This document shows, one piece after another, positions 58,688 through 64,000 of a stretch of DNA of 64,000 bases. Under the pieces are notes generated by a model, which was not told the origin of the DNA, did not search any database, and saw nothing but the letters and a program-made list of their open reading frames with translations. The DNA is from a virus, in the IMG/VR virus record IMGVR_UViG_3300026488_000010. The stretch is one strand, 5' to 3'. The stretch's first letter is position 1. Every line of letters starts with the position of its first letter. Both the position numbers and the translations under genes were made by a program.

Positions 58688-58897
58688 TTACATCATATCT
58701 TTCATGCGCGAATTTTTCTGCTGAGCTATCTTCTTTTGAGAATCTAGCATTGCTTCGCGCATATATATTGGTAATGAAAAATATTCAGAAAAGGATAATG
58801 TTAGTCCATCATAAGCCACCGCTGACTGAAATCGAACTAACTCATACTCATAAATTGAGTGATGATCCTCATCAGTTGTAAACAGATAACGCTTTAC
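58688..58897 (-). CDS. startless ORF, predicted frameshift extension (gp51/GT-type tail or hub assembly chaperone)
   Basis: Frame open 58918-58688 with no early ATG; encodes VKRYLFTTDEDHHSIYEYELVRFQSAVAYDGLTLSFSEYFSLPIYMREAMLDSQKKIAQQKNSRMKDMM. Confidence 0.7.
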   Translation of the reverse strand, partial: VKRYLFTTDEDHHSIYEYELVRFQSAVAYDGLTLSFSEYFSLPIYMREAMLDSQKKIAQQKNSRMKDMM

Positions 58898-59762
58898 GAA
58901 AGAAGTCTTGTTCAGGGTTCACATTTTCCCATTTGAATACAGGTGATTCACAGTGAATATTATCACATTGGATATTTAAATAAAAATTAGGAGAATAATC
59001 AACCAATGGTTTAACTGTTGTATCTTCTAATAATTTTGATTGTAATTCAAGAGGCATCCCTTTTATAGTTGGAATAATATCTTTAATTTTATTCTCAAGG
59101 ACCAAAAGTTCATTACCTGTTTGAATCTCTAAACGTTTGATATAAACACAAAACATTTCAAGAGTGTTTAAAATATCATTGTTGTTTTCAACTGAATCAC
59201 GCATTTCAGAAGTTTCTTTTTCTAATAGAATTTGCATTCTATCTGCTTCAGTTGGCATCTTATATACCACTTTAAATCCATCAATAATAACGGATTCAAT
59301 TTCATACTTATCAAAATCAGCAGATTCATCCCAACCCTTTCCAATAGTATCTTCATGTACTAATTCAGACGGTGGTAATTCATATGTATTTTTTGTTCCA
59401 CAGCTTGGACATGTAATTACTTTTTCTGGTAATTTAGTAAACGTTGAATCAAGTAATGCGTACACAAGTAAAGCTTTATCAGGTGGTGTTAAATGATTAA
59501 TAAAATCATCAGCTGATGAAAATTGTAAAGAATCAAATGATGTATGGTTATATAATAGTTCATTGAATGCTTTGATGAACTTTGAACCTGATGTTCGCAT
59601 AGTTTTTTGAACTAAATCTTCTGCACCTGTTACTGGTGTAACTGTTGCTTTTGTCTGAAGAATTGGTAAATCAACTTCAACCTCTCGTGTGCCTGCTAAT
59701 AAAGCCAATGCTGCAATTGCATTTGAGCTACCGGTTTTCGGTGCTACAATATCGTCTAACAT
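58872..59762 (-). CDS. baseplate hub/tail assembly chaperone (gp26-like)
   Basis: VTPVTGAED, LTPPDKALLVYAL, CPSCG and C...C Zn motifs, C-terminal DFF. Confidence 0.7.
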   Translation of the reverse strand: MLDDIVAPKTGSSNAIAALALLAGTREVEVDLPILQTKATVTPVTGAEDLVQKTMRTSGSKFIKAFNELLYNHTSFDSLQFSSADDFINHLTPPDKALLVYALLDSTFTKLPEKVITCPSCGTKNTYELPPSELVHEDTIGKGWDESADFDKYEIESVIIDGFKVVYKMPTEADRMQILLEKETSEMRDSVENNNDILNTLEMFCVYIKRLEIQTGNELLVLENKIKDIIPTIKGMPLELQSKLLEDTTVKPLVDYSPNFYLNIQCDNIHCESPVFKWENVNPEQDFFRKALSVYN

Positions 59763-59806
59763 ATATATTCCTTTTAAATTGTAAATTGTTGTATAGTTTT
59801 ATTAAT

Positions 59807-59814
59807 TATTTGTT
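59807..59814 (-). promoter_or_regulatory. candidate late promoter AACAAATA
   Basis: 45 nt upstream of the gp26-like start. Confidence 0.5.
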
Positions 59815-59835
59815 ATAACCTAATCAATACTATAG

Positions 59836-59995
59836 TTATTATTTCTATAGTAACTCATAACGATCTTTAAAGATAGAAAATAAACGATCTTTAAAGATCG
59901 TTTTATAATTCGCCTTATAGTGTTGCATAATAGTCACTGTAAGAGATTCAAAATATTTTTCTATCTTTAAAGATCGTTTTTGAAACGATCTTTAA
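59836..59995. repeat. cluster of ATCTTTAAAGAT palindromes with conserved 25-nt core and ATAGAAATAATAA motif
   Basis: Cores at 59863, 59887, 59963 and partial 59988; - strand motif at 59836-59848; 59914-59938 is 22/25 identical to 29222-29246. Confidence 0.9.
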
Positions 59996-59996
59996 T

Positions 59997-61526
59997 CTAC
60001 ATTGTTTTAAAATATTTATAATTACCAGAATCATAAATAACTCGATAACCGTTAATTAACATATTTTGTGTAGCAGTTTTAGATTGATCAAATATCAAAC
60101 CTAATTTTTCTATTTTATGTTTTTGATATTTGAGTCTTGATTCAACGCGATCTTTAATATAAAACATATTTGGAGGCGAGATATTAATAAATTCAAAACC
60201 TATAGTATTATATAAATTTCCTTTGCTCCATCTACGATTTGCATACGAAACCATTAAATTGTATGAATAATTATTATCATAATATTTTAACATTTTGCTT
60301 GCTCCACCTACTACAACAGTATTAAGTTTTGAACACATTCTATATAGTTCAACATCTGCATCTTTATCCATTCTCGGTTTTCCAAATGTCATTATGCTTA
60401 CTAATTCATCATTATAATATAAACCTATTTTTGTCGCAGCATTTATATATCCTTGTAAATGATTCATTTTTAAAAAATCTCTTGCTTCAGAAATAGAGAC
60501 CACTTTAGTTTGACATTTTCTAGCATGTATTTTCTTTGATAATCCAAAAGCGTTTTTTAGAATACTTTTCCATAATATCTTATTTTCTATCCATTCATTT
60601 TCAAATATATGAAATAATTGATAACCATGTTTCAAACACTCTTCCGTTTTAATTAAATGTCGCTTACTTTGATAATATTTATCACCTTGGTTCTGATTGA
60701 CGTTATTTGTTCCAAATGAATGCCAATACAAACCATTAAATTCAATTGCGATTTTATGTTCTGGAATTAATATATCAATTTCTAAAGGTTTAATTAAAGT
60801 TCTATCACTTTGGATAATATCGATTCCAAGTGATAGAATGTATTCTGCAATCTCTTGTTCATATGATGAAACCAACCTCTTTTTATATGATATCCCAAAA
60901 TATGCCATTCGTTTATTAATATTTGAACGTGATATATTAAAAAAACTGATCAACCCATTTATGTCTAAAATATCATTTTTTAAAAAATGTTTAATTATGT
61001 ACTCTTTATTATATTTATCTATATTTTTAAAATGTTTATATGTTGATGAACAGGCTCCATATTTTGACATATTTGTCGCTCTAACCTTTTTTCTAATTTC
61101 GTTATTCTTCATTGGATTGTCAACACCATATTTTATTATATTTGTTTCTTTTGTTTTTTTAACTTTTTGTTTAATTTTATTATCATCCCAAGTATTTGAG
61201 ATCTGACGTCTAATTTTAGAATCTTTGTTTCGACATCTGACAGAACAGAACATTCTAAAGATATTTTTATCATTATCAAACTTAACATTGTTTTGACATT
61301 CAACATTGTTACATTTATGTATAACTTTGCTTTCATATTTTTGAAGAATATATAAATAGATCCTTGCTTTATCTGAATATTCTGCCGGTGTTGATATATG
61401 AATATCATTTAATAGTTTATCAGATATGTTTTTAATATTGATTTTTCGTATTTTTAAAACGGTGTCTCTTGTGTCTATACTTGATGTATAACTTCTAATT
61501 AATTGTATAATTTGTGTAATTTGCAT
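59997..61526 (-). CDS. Hef-like homing endonuclease (Vsr/DUF559-type nuclease domain)
   Basis: SSYEQEI...PLEIDILIP..KIAIEFNGLYWHS, FCSVRC, KYGVDNPM repeat, C-terminal FL..NHLQG...GGASK domain; AAGGA RBS before ATG 61526. Confidence 0.8.
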   Translation of the reverse strand: MQITQIIQLIRSYTSSIDTRDTVLKIRKINIKNISDKLLNDIHISTPAEYSDKARIYLYILQKYESKVIHKCNNVECQNNVKFDNDKNIFRMFCSVRCRNKDSKIRRQISNTWDDNKIKQKVKKTKETNIIKYGVDNPMKNNEIRKKVRATNMSKYGACSSTYKHFKNIDKYNKEYIIKHFLKNDILDINGLISFFNISRSNINKRMAYFGISYKKRLVSSYEQEIAEYILSLGIDIIQSDRTLIKPLEIDILIPEHKIAIEFNGLYWHSFGTNNVNQNQGDKYYQSKRHLIKTEECLKHGYQLFHIFENEWIENKILWKSILKNAFGLSKKIHARKCQTKVVSISEARDFLKMNHLQGYINAATKIGLYYNDELVSIMTFGKPRMDKDADVELYRMCSKLNTVVVGGASKMLKYYDNNYSYNLMVSYANRRWSKGNLYNTIGFEFINISPPNMFYIKDRVESRLKYQKHKIEKLGLIFDQSKTATQNMLINGYRVIYDSGNYKYFKTM

Positions 61527-61586
61527 ACTGGTCCTTTTGCGATTATTTTTGACCATAAACTATTCCGATACAGTTTAAAAAAGCCG

Positions 61587-61615
61587 AAAAAAAATATGAG
61601 TCCGAAGACTCATAT
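61587..61615 (-). terminator. rho-independent terminator with cUUCGg tetraloop after the capsid gene
   Basis: - strand ATATGAGTC-TTCG-GACTCATAT followed by a U tract. Confidence 0.9.
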
Positions 61616-61617
61616 AA

Positions 61618-61662
61618 TTATTATTTCTATAGTACGATAAACTATCTTTAAAGATAGTTTAT
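61618..61662 (-). promoter_or_regulatory. 26-bp palindrome ATAAACTATCTTTAAAGATAGTTTAT plus ATAGAAATAATAA element
   Basis: Palindrome 61637-61662; motif 61630-61618 on the - strand, 13 nt from the core. Confidence 0.75.
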
Positions 61663-63239
61663 TAGTTTAGACCTAAAGCAGTTTCATAACCTTCAAGTTC
61701 TATTGTACCAATAGCTTCATTTCTAACAATACCAATCCAGTTACGAGATTTAATGAAAGAACGTTTTACACTATCAGTTGTCTCAGTAATCACATAAAGT
61801 GGTTTGTGAGAGATTTCAACGATTGAACTCTGAGCTAAAGACTCTGATTTCGGAATAAGGTGAATGTAAGCATCACCAACAGCGTGAGAAGTAATAACTT
61901 CTAGTTTTGAGAATGAACCCATTTCACCACTAAATCCAGTTTCACCTTCATAACCGTCAAATTTAACAGCGAAGTTTTGCATAGATTTAAGAACTGCAGC
62001 AGAATCAATACCAGTTACTAGATATTTGATTTCAAAACGAGTTGATTTACGAATTTTCTCTTGAAGAGCAATAAGTACAGGAATGATATTTTTGAAGATA
62101 TCTTGTACGCTTGCAGGTTTAGTACCATTTTGATCAACAATACCACCAACAGTAGCAAGGTTAATTTTACGATAGTGACCATATGCCTTAGCAGCTGGAA
62201 TATTAGACTCAAGTAAATCAGCGATTTCGAAATCTCTGTTAAGTTTGATTTGATCTTTAACATAACCTTTAAGTTGTGCAATGATATCTAAGTTGTAAAG
62301 AGATTTCCAATCTTGGATAACTTCTTCAATATTTTCAATTTCAAAAGAATCTTCAATATCACAGTTGATATCAAGTACATCTTGTTTTGGACGAGCTTTA
62401 GTTACAGCAAGACCATTACCAACACCCATAATACGAAGCTTAGCATCAATACTAACTGAAGCAGCAGCAACACCACTCATAGAGATAGCTGACCATGTAA
62501 TATCACCAGATTCAAAGTTAATTTGACCTTGGATTTTAAAAGTTGCAACAACTGCATCACCAGCAGTATTTTTAACAATAATATCTTCAGCAGCAAAGTT
62601 ACCACGTGCATCAGCAACAGCGATTAAAGGAACAACTGCATCTTCTGCACCATTACCATTAAAGTCACCATTAACAACAACAGAAACAACTTTGAAGTTA
62701 CGTTTATTAAGACGGAATTGACTAAAGTTAGTAGTACCTGTACCAGCAAAAAGCTCAGTAAATGCATTACCAGATTGTGCAACTGTAATTACTTCATGTC
62801 CAGTACGGATTGATTTAGTAGCAGTTGGAAATTCATACTCAGAAACATTACCTTTGTGATCGATAACTTTAGAGATCCATTTAAGACGTGGAATAGTCAT
62901 AGTTGGAACATTTGATGGGAATACAGAGATAACTTTACTTAAAAGAGGATCAGAGTAAATATCAACTAACATCGGGAATGATGTAACAGCATAAGTAATA
63001 GCATCAGGAGAACCTAAAAGACTAGCAGACTCTTCTAATAGAGACTCACGTTGACGATCGAACATAGACTTGATTCTACGAGAATCAGACTCTTCAAGAC
63101 CTTCTAAAAGTTTGTTTGCATAAGAATCATAAGTAACTTGATCAGTTACGATTGACATTGCACTTGTAGCTTCTTCGAATAGCTCACTGTTTTCTGTGAT
63201 GTATGCGTTGAAGTTTTCTAAAATAATATTTTCATTCAT
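61662..63239 (-). CDS. gp23: major capsid protein (T4 gp23-like)
   Basis: Downstream of the prohead protease; cleavable E-rich N-terminus, EIENIEEVIQDWKSLYNLD...IKLNRDFEI HK97-fold spine pattern; strongly biased codon usage. Confidence 0.85.
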   Translation of the reverse strand: MNENIILENFNAYITENSELFEEATSAMSIVTDQVTYDSYANKLLEGLEESDSRRIKSMFDRQRESLLEESASLLGSPDAITYAVTSFPMLVDIYSDPLLSKVISVFPSNVPTMTIPRLKWISKVIDHKGNVSEYEFPTATKSIRTGHEVITVAQSGNAFTELFAGTGTTNFSQFRLNKRNFKVVSVVVNGDFNGNGAEDAVVPLIAVADARGNFAAEDIIVKNTAGDAVVATFKIQGQINFESGDITWSAISMSGVAAASVSIDAKLRIMGVGNGLAVTKARPKQDVLDINCDIEDSFEIENIEEVIQDWKSLYNLDIIAQLKGYVKDQIKLNRDFEIADLLESNIPAAKAYGHYRKINLATVGGIVDQNGTKPASVQDIFKNIIPVLIALQEKIRKSTRFEIKYLVTGIDSAAVLKSMQNFAVKFDGYEGETGFSGEMGSFSKLEVITSHAVGDAYIHLIPKSESLAQSSIVEISHKPLYVITETTDSVKRSFIKSRNWIGIVRNEAIGTIELEGYETALGLN

Positions 63240-63270
63240 AAATTTTTCCTTGGGGTATGTTTTTATTAAG

Positions 63271-63278
63271 TATTTGTT
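63271..63278 (-). promoter_or_regulatory. candidate late promoter AACAAATA
   Basis: 32 nt upstream of the capsid start. Confidence 0.55.
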
Positions 63279-63334
63279 ACCAGCAAGTTTTTTTTGCTAG
63301 TTCAAAACTTATTTTTTGAATTCTTTTAAAATAA

Positions 63335-64000
63335 TTATATTTTAAAAGAAAAAGTTTTAATTGTGTTTTTAGTTAATGATAAATCTATTAAGTAATCAAT
63401 TGACTCTTCAATTGTTCCTTGAATACATGAACCATCTAATGTACAAGCTCTAACCTGTTCACCATCTAGATTGAATTGTGCATAACCTGCGCCTTCAGAT
63501 TCCATAATGATTTCTGTGATTTGAGATTTGTGTTCTTTTAGTTCTTTTACAAGAGCTAAAGGGTCTGTGCTTTCATTAATGAATTCATAGATTACTGCTG
63601 AGGAGTGTGACGGATTAGAAACAACATCAAATGTTAATGCTTTTAATCCTACAGGGCTAACCATTGTAACACCAGTTGGTGATTTAGTACTTGCTCCAAA
63701 TGCTCTTAATGAAAAACCTATTGTAACTTTATCTTTTAATAAACGGAAGAAATTAATTCCTTTATCATTAGTTAATGTTTCACATTCGGCTGTGATAAAC
63801 TTACCATCATATTCAAGTTTTGTATATAATACACAAGAATCTTGAAGAGAGATGGTGCTTGATCTTTTCATTTTAGCTGCAGTGTCTCCTTGAGGAGACG
63901 GATGATCCATTTCACCTAATAGTTTTCTTTCAGAAGCTTTAGGTCCAAGTTGAGCAACAATTGTTCTGAGAACCTCATCAGAATAAGATCTACCGTTATT
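63335..64000 (-). CDS. gp21: prohead core protease (5' end outside window)
   Basis: Frame open to the window edge: NNGRSYSDEVL...LLGEMDHP, IGFSLRAFG, TFDVVSNPSH. Confidence 0.9.
   Translation of the reverse strand, partial: NNGRSYSDEVLRTIVAQLGPKASERKLLGEMDHPSPQGDTAAKMKRSSTISLQDSCVLYTKLEYDGKFITAECETLTNDKGINFFRLLKDKVTIGFSLRAFGASTKSPTGVTMVSPVGLKALTFDVVSNPSHSSAVIYEFINESTDPLALVKELKEHKSQITEIIMESEGAGYAQFNLDGEQVRACTLDGSCIQGTIEESIDYLIDLSLTKNTIKTFSFKI

Noticed and set aside
58453-58881. 142-aa + strand ORF
   Set aside because: Antisense within a - strand operon, overlaps the gp25-like gene, no RBS; best explained as the shadow of the hidden - strand ORF.
218-62281. Numerous 60-150 aa ORFs nested in or antisense to long genes (e.g. 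3086..3310, 19780..20115, 29863..30309, 31911..32333, 48884..49318, 60697..61206)
   Set aside because: Shadow frames of well-supported genes, with antisense-type composition and no RBS.
1-64000. tRNA, rRNA, integrase, transposase, reverse transcriptase/DGR
   Set aside because: No cloverleaf-sized GC-rich gaps or diagnostic motifs seen by eye; tRNAscan-SE and HMM searches would be needed to exclude them formally.

Overview
This window is an AT-rich, gene-dense segment of a large, apparently lytic T4-like (jumbo-type) myophage. A Campylobacterota-type host is inferred only from the dimeric dUTPase, ThyX and the style of the OMP and two-component genes. The left arm (1-29.1 kb, + strand) carries small hypothetical genes, an antisense GIY-YIG endonuclease, a nucleotidyltransferase, Dda helicase, ThyX, SSB, dNMP kinase, dUTPase, NrdB, intein-containing NrdA and a purine phosphoribosyltransferase. 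It ends with a gp5/VgrG-like spike, a 1680-aa virion protein and a PAAR protein. The right arm (29.4-64 kb, - strand) is the virion module: fibres, baseplate wedge and hub, neck, sheath, tube, head-internal proteins, major capsid protein and a prohead protease cut off by the window edge. Most notable observations: (1) a complete histidine kinase plus receiver-only response regulator cassette, with a secreted protein, an outer-membrane beta-barrel and a holin-like gene, inserted among the structural genes and bounded by a 16-bp direct repeat; (2) an unannotated ORF with no start codon, reachable by a +1 frameshift at UUC-UUU-CGU from the gp26-like gene; (3) a family of ATCTTTAAAGAT palindromic elements, including a 5x33-bp array at the strand switch, a duplicated composite element with 76-bp spacing, and dispersed copies followed by ATAGAAATAATAA; (4) a candidate late promoter AACAAATA and a possible divergent sigma-like protein; (5) a fibre protein with apparently nested domains. 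No tRNA, rRNA or CRISPR array was recognised. All homology calls are by-eye motif recognition, not database searches.
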